NCBI GenBank assembly: GCA_029212505.1
Contig: JARGOS010000007.1
Span: 3,107-67,106 of the forward strand
Reading direction: 5' to 3'
DNA length: 64,000 bases
From: Legionellaceae bacterium
GTDB taxonomy: Bacteria; Pseudomonadota; Gammaproteobacteria; Legionellales; Legionellaceae
The notes under the pieces were generated by a model. The model did no database searches and was not told the origin of the DNA. It worked only from the letters and a program-made list of their open reading frames with translations. The translations under genes and the position numbers were made by a program. Positions 49,173 through 58,472 of this stretch are shown piece by piece (within the stretch, counting starts at the first letter, position 1; every line of letters begins with the position of its first letter).

Positions 49173-49739
49173 TTAAAACGTATATTTCACCAGTAAGAAT
49201 AATACATTTCCTATATTGTGAGAGCCAGGAATGTACGTGCCCATCAATGCAAGTTTTCGGTAGGTCAACGACGCCCAAGGTAAGATGCCGGGGAAAGGTG
49301 CGTTATTTAGAATATCAGGACGAGCTGTAAGAAAAACGGTGAAGCCAAGACCGGCTGAGGTGGTGTCGTTCAGATGCAGCGTTTTAAGAAAAGCATAGCC
49401 TGCAATGGGCTCAACTTTTCCGTGTGACTCAAGAAAAACAAAAGCATATAAGCTATGCCAGTCACCTTTTTCATCATAGAAGCCTTTGCCGAGGCCGCCA
49501 CCCCAAGCCCATTCGTTGTAGGTTTTTATTTTTTCTTCGTCGTATTTATACCGATTGTGCCAAGCATAACCTGGAACATAGAGCTCAAGAGTGCCTTCGG
49601 TCCAGGTTTCGTAGGGGCGTTGACACACGGGCTGGAGCCACGTGGGCCATGCTTTACAGTGCTCAGGGATGTCAGAATAGGCGGACGGGGAAAGCGTCAT
49701 GCTTATTATGATTATGAACAAGAAATATCGTCTCATCAC
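49173..49739 (-). CDS. pagP: Lipid A palmitoyltransferase PagP (Legionella Rcp-like)
   Basis: YVPGYAWHNRYKYDEEKIKTYNEWAWGGGLGKGFYDEKGDWHSLYAFVFLESHGKVEPIAGY… and …MGTYIPGSHNIGNVLFLLVKYTF align with E. coli PagP ([27 protein letters not shown]…[22 protein letters not shown]). Confidence 0.88.
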   Translation of the reverse strand: MMRRYFLFIIIISMTLSPSAYSDIPEHCKAWPTWLQPVCQRPYETWTEGTLELYVPGYAWHNRYKYDEEKIKTYNEWAWGGGLGKGFYDEKGDWHSLYAFVFLESHGKVEPIAGYAFLKTLHLNDTTSAGLGFTVFLTARPDILNNAPFPGILPWASLTYRKLALMGTYIPGSHNIGNVLFLLVKYTF

Positions 49740-49847
49740 ATGTTTAGCTCGCAGGGGCTTTTTTAAGAACGCCCTTTAATGTTATGTTTATGTTTCTAAT
49801 TATTTTTTTACATCATTTAGCATTGCGACCTACGGAGGCATAGTAAC

Positions 49848-51242
49848 ATGGACCTGTTTCGCAAGAAAGCACCTCACGCATCGACCGAGGGCTCGGCACT
49901 TAAACGATCGTTATCGGCATTTGATTTAACGTTACTGGGCATGGGGGCGGTGATTGGCGCCGGCGTGTTTGTTTTGACAGGTGTTGTTGCGGCAACCCTT
50001 GCAGGACCTGCGATTATTTTTTCGTATGTGATGGCGGGTTTAGCCTGTGTATTTGCAGCGCTTTCTTATGCTGAACTTGCTGCGATGATTGGCGGGTGTG
50101 GTAGCGCTTATGGTTATGCTTATGCCGGCTTTGGTGAACTTTTGGCCTGGATTGTCGGCTGGGATTTGCTTTTAGAATACACGGTTTCAGTCTCGGCTGT
50201 TTCTGTCGGGTGGAGCGCCTATGTGGGCGATGTTTTTTCAAGTTTAGCCGTACATTTTCCTAAGACCTTACTTCATGGTCCGATGGACGGCGGCTTTGTG
50301 AATATTATGGCTTTGTTGATTATTGCTTTACTAACCGCGCTTTTAACGCTGGGTATGAAAGGCAGTAAGCGCTTTAATCATGCGATGGTCGCGATTAAGT
50401 TAAGCGTGATAACCGCGGTGATTGTGGTCACGGCTATGGCGTTTAAACAAGAAAATTGGGTGCCGTTTTCTCCTTTTGGCTGGACGGGTGTGGTGCAAGG
50501 CGCGTCACTTATCTTTTTTGCTTACGTTGGATTTGACGCTGTGGCGACCACCGCAGAAGAAGTGATTAATCCTCAACGAAGTTTACCCATTGGGATTGTC
50601 GGATCGCTGTTTATTTGCACGGCGATTTATATCATTGTTTCGGCGTGCCTTACGGGCGCTGTGCCTTATCATTTGTTAAACGTTGCCTCACCCATCAGTC
50701 ATGCATTACTGTTGCTTGGGCAGCCAGCCGTTGCAGGTATTGTTGGTGTGGGTGCGATTGCGGGCTTAAGTACGGTGATGCTGGTGTTATTTTATGGTTT
50801 GAGTCGCGTGTTTTTTGCCATGGCGCGTGATGGGCTTTTGCCGAGTTATTTTGCCAAAGTGGATCCACGTACCCATACCCCAGTTCGTATTATTGTTTGT
50901 TGTGGACTGTTTATGGGGTTAATTGCCGGTTGGGTTCCGCTGGGCGATTTGGCCGAGCTTGTGAACGTGGGCACGTTATTTGCCTTTGCGATTGTATGCA
51001 CCGGGGTGATTGTTTTGCGTTATACCGATCCTGATACGCCTCGACCGTTTAAAACACCGGGCGCACCGTTTGTTCCATTCTTAGGTATTTTGAGCTGTTT
51101 GTATCTTATGGTGAATTTACCTTGGGTCACGTTGCTGCGTTTTGTTGTATGGATGGCCATAGGCATGATCGTGTATTTTATGTTTAGCCGAAAAAACAGC
51201 CGACTTGCACCGCAAAATCTACCCGTGACAAGCGCGAATTAA
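49848..51242 (+). CDS. APC superfamily amino acid permease (cationic amino acid transporter-like)
   Basis: 464 aa with about 12 TM helices. The N-terminal LKRSLSAFDLTLLGMGAVIGAGVFVLTG is typical of the APC family. Confidence 0.8.
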   Translation: MDLFRKKAPHASTEGSALKRSLSAFDLTLLGMGAVIGAGVFVLTGVVAATLAGPAIIFSYVMAGLACVFAALSYAELAAMIGGCGSAYGYAYAGFGELLAWIVGWDLLLEYTVSVSAVSVGWSAYVGDVFSSLAVHFPKTLLHGPMDGGFVNIMALLIIALLTALLTLGMKGSKRFNHAMVAIKLSVITAVIVVTAMAFKQENWVPFSPFGWTGVVQGASLIFFAYVGFDAVATTAEEVINPQRSLPIGIVGSLFICTAIYIIVSACLTGAVPYHLLNVASPISHALLLLGQPAVAGIVGVGAIAGLSTVMLVLFYGLSRVFFAMARDGLLPSYFAKVDPRTHTPVRIIVCCGLFMGLIAGWVPLGDLAELVNVGTLFAFAIVCTGVIVLRYTDPDTPRPFKTPGAPFVPFLGILSCLYLMVNLPWVTLLRFVVWMAIGMIVYFMFSRKNSRLAPQNLPVTSAN

Positions 51243-52220
51243 AGCCATCACGCCAGCAGCAACTAAACCTGCTGCTGGTATCGTTAAAATCCATGCAATA
51301 AAAATAACGCGAATTAAGCCCCAGCGTGTGCTGCTGGTTGTATTCGAAAGCCCGACACCTGCAATGGAGCCGGTGACGGTCTGAGTTGTGGATACAGGAA
51401 TACCGCCTTCGGTTGAAGCTAAAATAATCGCTGCAGCGCCTGTTTCTGCGGCACAACCGCGCATCGGGTTGAGTTTCGTAATGCCTGAACCCATGGTGCG
51501 TACAATACGCCATCCACCACAAAGCGTACCGAGACTTATCATCACATGACAAGAAATCACCACCCATAACGGTACATGAAAAGGCCCATCGAGCCACGCG
51601 GCAGACATAAGTAAAGCCGTGATAATACCCATGGTTTTTTGAGCGTCGTTGCTACCATGTGCCAGGCTTAAAAGCGCAGATGATGCCAGTTGCAAGATTT
51701 TAAACCAGCGGTTCACCTGCTTGTCTTCGCCGGTTTTAAAATAGCGTGCGAGTATGGCGCCAATCAATGCGCCTGCAAGCAAGCCAAGTACCGGTGTGAT
51801 AAAAATCCCAAAAGCCACTTTAAGAAAACCGGTGCTTTGTAACGTTGCAAAGCCACCCTGTACGATGCCAGCACCGGCGAGCCCACCAATGAGAGCATGC
51901 GATGAACTGGACGGAAGCCCAAAATACCACGTGATAAGATTCCAACTGATGGCACCGATGAGTGCTGAAAAAATAAGCGTTGGTGTAATCACACCCGGAT
52001 CGACAATGCCTTTGCCAATCGTATTCGCCACCATGAGATTAAAAAAAGCAAAGGCAATAAAATTAAAAAAAGCGGCCCAACACACCGCTTGACGAGGGGT
52101 TAAGACCTTCGTGGCGACAATGGTGGCAATGGCATTTCCTGCATCATGAAAGCCATTAATAAAATCAAAAGCGTAGGCCAGCACAATAATACCGAGAATC
52201 ATCAGGGTACTGTGGTCCAT
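51219..52220 (-). CDS. Inorganic phosphate transporter, PiT family
   Basis: FDFINGFHDAGNAIAT and LAHGSNDAQKTMG are PiT signature repeats. The start is set at the ATG at 52220, after GAGGA. The 3' end overlaps the permease gene by 24 nt. Confidence 0.85.
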   Translation of the reverse strand: MDHSTLMILGIIVLAYAFDFINGFHDAGNAIATIVATKVLTPRQAVCWAAFFNFIAFAFFNLMVANTIGKGIVDPGVITPTLIFSALIGAISWNLITWYFGLPSSSSHALIGGLAGAGIVQGGFATLQSTGFLKVAFGIFITPVLGLLAGALIGAILARYFKTGEDKQVNRWFKILQLASSALLSLAHGSNDAQKTMGIITALLMSAAWLDGPFHVPLWVVISCHVMISLGTLCGGWRIVRTMGSGITKLNPMRGCAAETGAAAIILASTEGGIPVSTTQTVTGSIAGVGLSNTTSSTRWGLIRVIFIAWILTIPAAGLVAAGVMALIRACHG

Positions 52221-52240
52221 GGAGCATGTCCTCACGTGAA

Positions 52241-52891
52241 TTAGAGGTGATAACTGCTTTTGGTTAAGATGTTAGATACTATATACATTAGACGTTGTAC
52301 CAGAAAAGGCAAGTTTGCAGCTCCGGCGTTTTGTGCAAGTTCGGCATGTGCTATTTCATCGACTCTCATTTGGGATAAAATAGCATCAGAGCGTGTGTCG
52401 GACGCGGGGAGGTTGGCAAGATGACGTTCTAAATGCAGGGTGACTTGTCGCTCAGTTTCGGCGACAAACCCAAGACTCCAGCGGTCGCCAATCAAGCCTG
52501 CAAAAGCGCCAATACACCACGAGCCGGCATACCAAAATGCGTTCAATACGCTGGGATGGCTCCCAAGCTCTTGAAGGCGCTCTTCACACCAGGCAAGATG
52601 ATCGATCTCTTCAAGCGCGGCTTCGTGCATTTGTTCTCGCACCGTGTCGAGCTGTGCGGTGACGGCTTGGCCGCGATATAAGGCTTGTGCACAGACTTCC
52701 CCAGCATGATTCACGCGCATAAGCCCCGCAATATGTTTCTTTTCAGAGGGGGTGAGTGTGGCTTCAGGAAGTTTGGTTGCAGGATTGGTACGTTCGCATT
52801 CACGTGTTTTGGGTGTGAATACGGTTCGTACGGCGGCATCAACCTCCGTGAGTAAGCGATCGATTGGACGCATAGTTCGCATCGTACGCAT
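52241..52891 (-). CDS. coq7: Demethoxyubiquinone hydroxylase Coq7 (di-iron carboxylate type)
   Basis: …PIDRLLTEVDAAVRTVF…, MRVNHAGEVCAQALYRGQ, EEIDHLAWCEERL and RVDEIAHAE (ExxH motifs). The start is set at the MRTMRTMRP cluster (52891, 52882 or 52873), because the longer track ORF collides with divergent pepP. Confidence 0.85.
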   Translation of the reverse strand: MRTMRTMRPIDRLLTEVDAAVRTVFTPKTRECERTNPATKLPEATLTPSEKKHIAGLMRVNHAGEVCAQALYRGQAVTAQLDTVREQMHEAALEEIDHLAWCEERLQELGSHPSVLNAFWYAGSWCIGAFAGLIGDRWSLGFVAETERQVTLHLERHLANLPASDTRSDAILSQMRVDEIAHAELAQNAGAANLPFLVQRLMYIVSNILTKSSYHL

Positions 52892-53003
52892 GGTGTGCGG
52901 TATCCAAAAAGTTAGCAGGCTAAAAAATTGATGGTAGCAAGTTTGGGTTGGTGCAGCAAATCCGTTATGATAAAACTCCCGTGAATTCGAGGTTTTCGTT
53001 CCC

Positions 53004-54299
53004 ATGAATTATCAAGCACGCAGACAACATGTAGCCAGCCACCTTCCTGCGGATGCACTTGCCGTTATTCCGGCAGCATCTGAGTATCTACGTAATGGTG
53101 ATAGTCACTATAAATTTCGGCAAGACAGTGATTTTTATTATTTGACCGGCTTTGACGAGCCGGATGCGGTGTTACTTATCACGGGGGGAGAGCAGAGTGA
53201 ATCGATTCTATTTAATCGCCCCAAAAGCGAGCTTGAAGAGCGTTGGACGGGGCCGCGCTTAGGTCAACAAGACGCACCTGCAAAGCTGGGTGTTGACGCA
53301 GCGTATCCCATCGCTGAATTAGAAACGTATTTGCTTGAAATTTTATTGGATAAACGCGCGATTTATTACCCGATGGGGCGTTATCCAGCGCACGAACGCA
53401 TGCTGCGTGATGCGTGGTCACGTGTGAAAAGCCAAGCACGCCGTGGGCAGCATGTGCCTGAGGTGTTTGCGGATATTATGCCTATTTTAAGTGAACGTCG
53501 TGTCATCAAAGATGAGGCTGAAATGAGTTGCATGCGAGAAGCCGCGCGTATTTCGGTCAAGGCGCACGAAGCCGTGATGCGTGCATGTAAGCATGCGCGG
53601 CATGAATATGAGCTGGAAGCTGAGTTTTTATATGCCTTGGGGCGCGAAGGTTGCCAAAATATTGCCTACAGCAGCATTGTCGCCGGCGGGTCAAATGCCT
53701 GTGTTTTGCATTATATTAATAACAATCAAGCACTGGATCCCAATAAGCTTGTGCTTGTCGATGCTGGGGGTGAAGTGGGTTATTATGCGGCAGACATCAC
53801 GCGAACCTATCCTGTCAGCGGTCAGTTTAGTACGGAACAACGTTTGATTTATGATGTGGTGTGGCGTGCGCAAAAAGCAGGTATCGCCTGTGTCAAACCC
53901 GGGATGCCATGGGATAGCATGCAAGCAGCGATTATACATGAACTTACGTTGGGATTGCTTGAGCTCGGTCTTTTAAAAGGCTCGATTGATAAACTTATCG
54001 AACAAGGGGCTTACAAGCCTTTTTATATGCATTCGTCCGGGCATTGGTTAGGGCTAGATGTACATGATGTAGGTGCTTATATTGTTGATAACAAACCGCG
54101 TTTATTAGAACCTGGCATGGCACTTACGGTCGAGCCGGGGCTTTATATTCCTGAGAATTATGAAGGAATTGATCCTAAGTGGTGGGGCATAGGCATTCGT
54201 ATTGAAGATGATATTCTAGTCACGCACGATGGGCATGATAATTTGACCGGGGCGCTTGCCGTTGCCCCAGAAGCACTTGAGGACTTGATACGTGGTTGA
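53004..54299 (+). CDS. pepP: Xaa-Pro aminopeptidase
   Basis: 431 aa M24B peptidase: DSDFYYLTGF, VLVDAGGEVGYYAADITRT, HSSGHWLGLDVHD and GIRIEDD. Confidence 0.9.
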   Translation: MNYQARRQHVASHLPADALAVIPAASEYLRNGDSHYKFRQDSDFYYLTGFDEPDAVLLITGGEQSESILFNRPKSELEERWTGPRLGQQDAPAKLGVDAAYPIAELETYLLEILLDKRAIYYPMGRYPAHERMLRDAWSRVKSQARRGQHVPEVFADIMPILSERRVIKDEAEMSCMREAARISVKAHEAVMRACKHARHEYELEAEFLYALGREGCQNIAYSSIVAGGSNACVLHYINNNQALDPNKLVLVDAGGEVGYYAADITRTYPVSGQFSTEQRLIYDVVWRAQKAGIACVKPGMPWDSMQAAIIHELTLGLLELGLLKGSIDKLIEQGAYKPFYMHSSGHWLGLDVHDVGAYIVDNKPRLLEPGMALTVEPGLYIPENYEGIDPKWWGIGIRIEDDILVTHDGHDNLTGALAVAPEALEDLIRG

Positions 54300-55494
54300 A
54301 GAGGTTGATGTTTTAATTATCGGTGGAGGGTTAATTGGCATGGCGCTCATGCTTGCCTTAAAGCCCTTGGGTTACTCTGTGCGTATGGTCGAGGCGCATG
54401 TGCGTGCCGAAAAAAATCCCGGTATGCTTGATACACGCAGCATTGCTTTGTCACCGGCAAGCATGCGTATTTTAGAGCAACTGCATGTGTGGCCTGATTT
54501 AAAAAAACAAGCCGCCTCTATCAACATGATTCATGTGTCCGAGCAAGGTCGCTTTGGGCAGGCACGCTTAAACAAAGCGTCAGAGCATGATGAGCCTTTG
54601 GGCTCGGTGGCTGAAATTCATGCCTTGGCGGCTGCATTAAAAGTGCGGCTTGATTCTGATGATGTGTGGGCGCCGGCACGCTTAATTGCACTCGATGCCG
54701 CAACCGGTGATGCGACACTTGAGACGCCTTCTGGTGAGAAAAAACTGCGGGCGCGTTGGGTGATTGCGGCAGATGGGGCTAACTCTTCGGTACGTAAGCT
54801 TTGTAACGCACAAGCGGAATATAAAACCTATCCAGAGCATGCGCTGGTTGCCAATATTAAGCTTTCACGCGCCCATGGGGGCGTTGCGTTCGAGCGGTTT
54901 ACACCCAGTGGCCCGCTGGCTTTATTGCCTCTGCCAGGGCCTTATATGTCGTTGGTGTGGACGCGTTCGGCTGATGAAGCGATGCGCTTAAAATCGCTGG
55001 ATGAGGCTGCTTTTTTGCAGGAGGTTCAACGTGCATTTGGTTATCGCGTAGGGCGTTTTCTGGCTGTCGGTCAACGCATGACGTATCCATTAAAGCAGCT
55101 CATGATGCCCGAACAAGTGTATGATCGCGTTGTGTTTGTAGGCAATGCCGCGCATACCTTGCATCCTGTCGCAGGACAAGGCTTTAATTTAGGTTTGCGT
55201 GATGTTGCGATGCTTGCAGAGTGTGCCGCAAAGTATGGTTTAAGCGTTAAAGCTTTAACACGCTATCAGCTTGCGCGCATGTCCGATCAAGCAACCATCA
55301 TGAAATCAACCGATGCCTTGGTTTCGGTGTTTAAAAGCGCGCTCCCTGGTGTTGGTTTTGCACGGCGCTTAGGCTTAGTTGTGTTAGATAACAGTGAAAT
55401 CTTGAAAAATATGTTGTTACGTCATGCCAAAGGCTTTGGTGGCGTCGTGCCTGATTTAGTCTGTGGGGTTCCGCTTAAACTCGAGGAGTTGTGA
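54292..55494 (+). CDS. ubiH: FAD-dependent ubiquinone biosynthesis hydroxylase UbiH
   Basis: VLIIGGGLIGMALM (GxGxxG), ADGANSSVR and GNAAHTLHPVAGQGFNLGLRD. The pepP-ubiH-visC order matches E. coli and Pseudomonas. Confidence 0.85.
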   Translation: MVEEVDVLIIGGGLIGMALMLALKPLGYSVRMVEAHVRAEKNPGMLDTRSIALSPASMRILEQLHVWPDLKKQAASINMIHVSEQGRFGQARLNKASEHDEPLGSVAEIHALAAALKVRLDSDDVWAPARLIALDAATGDATLETPSGEKKLRARWVIAADGANSSVRKLCNAQAEYKTYPEHALVANIKLSRAHGGVAFERFTPSGPLALLPLPGPYMSLVWTRSADEAMRLKSLDEAAFLQEVQRAFGYRVGRFLAVGQRMTYPLKQLMMPEQVYDRVVFVGNAAHTLHPVAGQGFNLGLRDVAMLAECAAKYGLSVKALTRYQLARMSDQATIMKSTDALVSVFKSALPGVGFARRLGLVVLDNSEILKNMLLRHAKGFGGVVPDLVCGVPLKLEEL

Positions 55495-56675
55495 TGCCTA
55501 AAGTGCCCGAAGTATCTAAAATTTTTGATGTTTTGGTGATTGGCGGTGGCGTGGTCGGGCTTTCGGCGGCTGTTGCGATGGCTTCGCGTGGGTTTAAAAC
55601 AGCCGTGATTGATGCCGGACCGCTCAAAATATCACCCAATAATAAAAACACACGGGTGTATGCCATCAACGGGGCATCACAGGCGTTGCTCACCCAATTA
55701 GGTGTGTGGGAATTGCTTGACCCTAACATGATTTCACCGTATCAAAGCATGCACGTGTGGGATGCAACCCATCATGCTGAAATTATGTTTGATGCGCGGG
55801 ACGCAGCTAAAGCCCAGCTGGGTGTGATTTTAGAAGAAAACCCCTTGCGTGCCGCGCTGCTTCAACGCGCAGAAGCGTTAGGTGTACATCTGATTTCTAA
55901 TACACGTGTTACGGCGTGCGTGGAAGAAGCTGTTGGCATGTGTGTTACGGGGGATGCAGGTGATACTTGGCAAGTAAAATTGCTGATGGTGGCTGACGGT
56001 GCTAAATCAAACACGCGCGAGTTATTGGGTGTTTCTATCACCACCTGGCCGTATGATCATGAGGCCTTGGTTGCGACGGTGCAAACTGAAAAACCACATC
56101 AAGCAACCGCTTATCAAGTGTTTACGCCTGATGGTCCGCTGGCTTTTTTACCGCTGTCTGATTCACATCAATGCTCCATTGTGTGGTCACAACCAGCAGA
56201 TAAAACCAAAGTCTTGATGGCGTTAGAGCCAGAAGATTTTAATAGGGCATTAACACAAGCGTTTGAGCACAAACTCGGTGCAGTGAAGCTTCAAAGCGCA
56301 CGTATTTCTTTCCCGTTGCACATGCGTCATGTTCAGCAGTATAGCGGTGCTAAATGGTTGTTGATGGGGGACGCAGCACATACCATTCATCCGTTAGCGG
56401 GCCTGGGTCTAAATGTTGGCTTGGCCGATTTAACCTCGTGGCTTGCGTTATTAGATAAGCAGCGTGATGGCGCGTGGTCCACGCGCGTATTGGCCGCGTA
56501 TCAACGCGAACGTAAATCTGAAGTGTGGTCGGTGATTGCGCTGATGCAAGGCATTAAAGCCCTGTTTGGAGCGTCTATGGCCCCGGTGGGCATGTTACGA
56601 GGCCTTGGCATGCGCGCGCTGAACCGTTGTTCACCGCTTAAGCGCATGCTGGCCGACTATGCGTCGGGCGATTAG
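55491..56675 (+). CDS. ubiI: FAD-dependent UbiH/UbiF/VisC(UbiI)/COQ6 family hydroxylase, UbiI-like by position
   Basis: VLVIGGGVVGLSAA, ADGAKSNTR and GDAAHTIHPLAGLGLNVGLAD. Its position after ubiH and the presence of Coq7 at the same locus argue for UbiI over UbiF. Confidence 0.7.
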   Translation: MMPKVPEVSKIFDVLVIGGGVVGLSAAVAMASRGFKTAVIDAGPLKISPNNKNTRVYAINGASQALLTQLGVWELLDPNMISPYQSMHVWDATHHAEIMFDARDAAKAQLGVILEENPLRAALLQRAEALGVHLISNTRVTACVEEAVGMCVTGDAGDTWQVKLLMVADGAKSNTRELLGVSITTWPYDHEALVATVQTEKPHQATAYQVFTPDGPLAFLPLSDSHQCSIVWSQPADKTKVLMALEPEDFNRALTQAFEHKLGAVKLQSARISFPLHMRHVQQYSGAKWLLMGDAAHTIHPLAGLGLNVGLADLTSWLALLDKQRDGAWSTRVLAAYQRERKSEVWSVIALMQGIKALFGASMAPVGMLRGLGMRALNRCSPLKRMLADYASGD

Positions 56676-56760
56676 CCATTGCATAAACGGAATCTGTGTT
56701 AATGGTCATGTAATATAACGAAATATGATATATTGTAAGATCATAAACACGGAGTTATTT

Positions 56761-57546
56761 ATGAAAGCGCTTAATTTTATCTATGAATTACGAGCACAAG
56801 GCCGTTTTTCTTTCACTGTATCAGAAGCGGAAAATGCGCTTGCTTTGAGAAAAGTCTCTTGTCTTAATGCGTTACATCGTTTGAAAAAAGATAAATGGCT
56901 TGTAAGCCCTGCTAGAGGCTTTTATTTAATCGTTCCCCCTGAGTACCAAGCTTATGGTTGTCTGCCTGCAGAGATGTTTATTTCAGACCTGATGCGCTAT
57001 TGGGAATTACCTTATTATGTAGGCTTTTTGAGCGCCGCTCAATATTACGGTGCTGCGCATCAAAAGCCTCAGAGATTTCAGGTGGTTACTTCTAAAAGTC
57101 GCCCCTCAATTCTTTGTGGTCGCGTGCATGTTGAATTTATAGGTAAAAAGCAAATCAATACTCACTTCACAAAGCAATTTAATACGTTGGCTGGAACGCT
57201 CCAGGTTGCTAGTCCAGAATTATTGGCATTTGATCTTGTGAGCAACCCAGAGCATGCTGCTGGAATGAATAACGTGGCGACGATATTTTATGATTTAATC
57301 GAATCACTCGATGAAAAAAAAATGGTCGAATTGACACAATATAATATGCAATCATTTGGTTTGCAGCGCTTGGGATGGCTGCTTGATTATTTTGGTCAAG
57401 AAACACTGGCTAATGCGTTATTTCATGCGCTTGAAGGCAAAACATTGCATTGGGTACGTTTAGTCTCGTATGCGCCATACAAGCCTATTGAGCGCAATAA
57501 GAAGTGGCATGTGATTGTCAACACACGTTTGGAGATGGATGAATGA
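56761..57546 (+). CDS. abiEi: Type IV toxin-antitoxin system AbiEi family antitoxin (transcriptional regulator-like)
   Basis: 261 aa with a winged-helix-like N-terminus (FSFTVSEAENALALRKVSCLNALHRLKKDKWLVSPARGFY) and the length and layout of AbiEi. It is coupled by ATGA to an AbiEii gene. The start is set at the ATG at 56761, 6 nt after GGAG. Confidence 0.75.
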   Translation: MKALNFIYELRAQGRFSFTVSEAENALALRKVSCLNALHRLKKDKWLVSPARGFYLIVPPEYQAYGCLPAEMFISDLMRYWELPYYVGFLSAAQYYGAAHQKPQRFQVVTSKSRPSILCGRVHVEFIGKKQINTHFTKQFNTLAGTLQVASPELLAFDLVSNPEHAAGMNNVATIFYDLIESLDEKKMVELTQYNMQSFGLQRLGWLLDYFGQETLANALFHALEGKTLHWVRLVSYAPYKPIERNKKWHVIVNTRLEMDE

Positions 57547-58400
57547 TTCCTATGGCCTACATTACACAATGGCGACAAGTGGCACCTTGGCCTGATGATA
57601 TGCAAGTAGAACAGGATTTAATTTTATCACGAACGATTGTCGAGATTTTTTCTAATCCTTTTTTATCTGAGCAACTCGCATTTCGTGGTGGTACTGCATT
57701 ACACAAATTATTTTTCACCCCTGCGGCCCGTTACAGCGAGGACATTGATTTAGTGAGAACAGCAAAAGGAGGTATTAAAGAAATCATTGATGTGTTGCGT
57801 GATTGCCTGGAACCATGGTTGGGACAACCAAAAACGCGACAAACCGGACAAAGCTTTAAATTGCTCTTTTATTTTTCTCCAGAGGTTTCAGCGCTTATTA
57901 AGCAAAAAATTAAAATTGAAATCAATATTCACGAAAGTTTTGCTGTTTTAGAGCGCCTTAAAGCTCCATTTGCCGTTCAATCTCCGTGGTATTTTCGTGA
58001 GGTAAAAGTAAATACTTTTCAACTTGAAGAGCTGCTTGCAACTAAATTGCGTGCTTTATATGAGCGCAAGAAAGGACGTGATGCATTCGATTTATGGCTG
58101 GCTATCAAAGAAAAAGAATTTGACGCCACACAAACAGTGGCCGTTTTTATGGAGTATATGGCGCGCAGTAATAAGACAATCACAAAAAAATTATTCGCTA
58201 ATAATTTAAGTTTAAAACTTAAAGATGCTATGTTTTTCAATGATATTGAACCTTTACTTGCGCCTAGATTGAAAAACAACCATTCGCGCGCAATAGGGTT
58301 ACTTTTGGAACAAGGAGAAGCTATAACTACAGAAGAATGGAGTCTATCTGGTGCTGTAGAAGCGATTGAAAACACGTTCATCGATCAGCTCCCTCGTTAA
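57543..58400 (+). CDS. abiEii: Nucleotidyltransferase AbiEii/AbiGii family toxin (DUF1814)
   Basis: LAFRGGTALHKLF…RYSEDIDLV…KIEINIHE…ATKLRALYERKKGRDAFDLW reproduces the AbiEii NTase motif order (GG[TS]AL, SxDID, K[IL]E, KxxAL…RD.YDL). Confidence 0.85.
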   Translation: MIPMAYITQWRQVAPWPDDMQVEQDLILSRTIVEIFSNPFLSEQLAFRGGTALHKLFFTPAARYSEDIDLVRTAKGGIKEIIDVLRDCLEPWLGQPKTRQTGQSFKLLFYFSPEVSALIKQKIKIEINIHESFAVLERLKAPFAVQSPWYFREVKVNTFQLEELLATKLRALYERKKGRDAFDLWLAIKEKEFDATQTVAVFMEYMARSNKTITKKLFANNLSLKLKDAMFFNDIEPLLAPRLKNNHSRAIGLLLEQGEAITTEEWSLSGAVEAIENTFIDQLPR

Positions 58401-58430
58401 AAAATTTTCGTAGTGAGTTAAAAATATTGG

Positions 58431-58464
58431 GCCTATTCAGCAAGTATGGGTCTGCTGAATAGGC
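58431..58464. terminator. Hairpin between convergent abiEii and the membrane protein gene (possible bidirectional terminator)
   Basis: GCCTATTCAGCA-AGTATGGGTC-TGCTGAATAGGC, a 12-bp perfect stem with a 10-nt loop. There is no long U-tract. Confidence 0.5.
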
Positions 58465-58472
58465 GTTGAGCA

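Noticed and set aside
51184-51597. 137-aa minus-strand ORF overlapping the PiT transporter in another frame.
   Set aside because: It is Cys/Arg-rich nonsense-like sequence. The PiT frame carries both PiT signature repeats.
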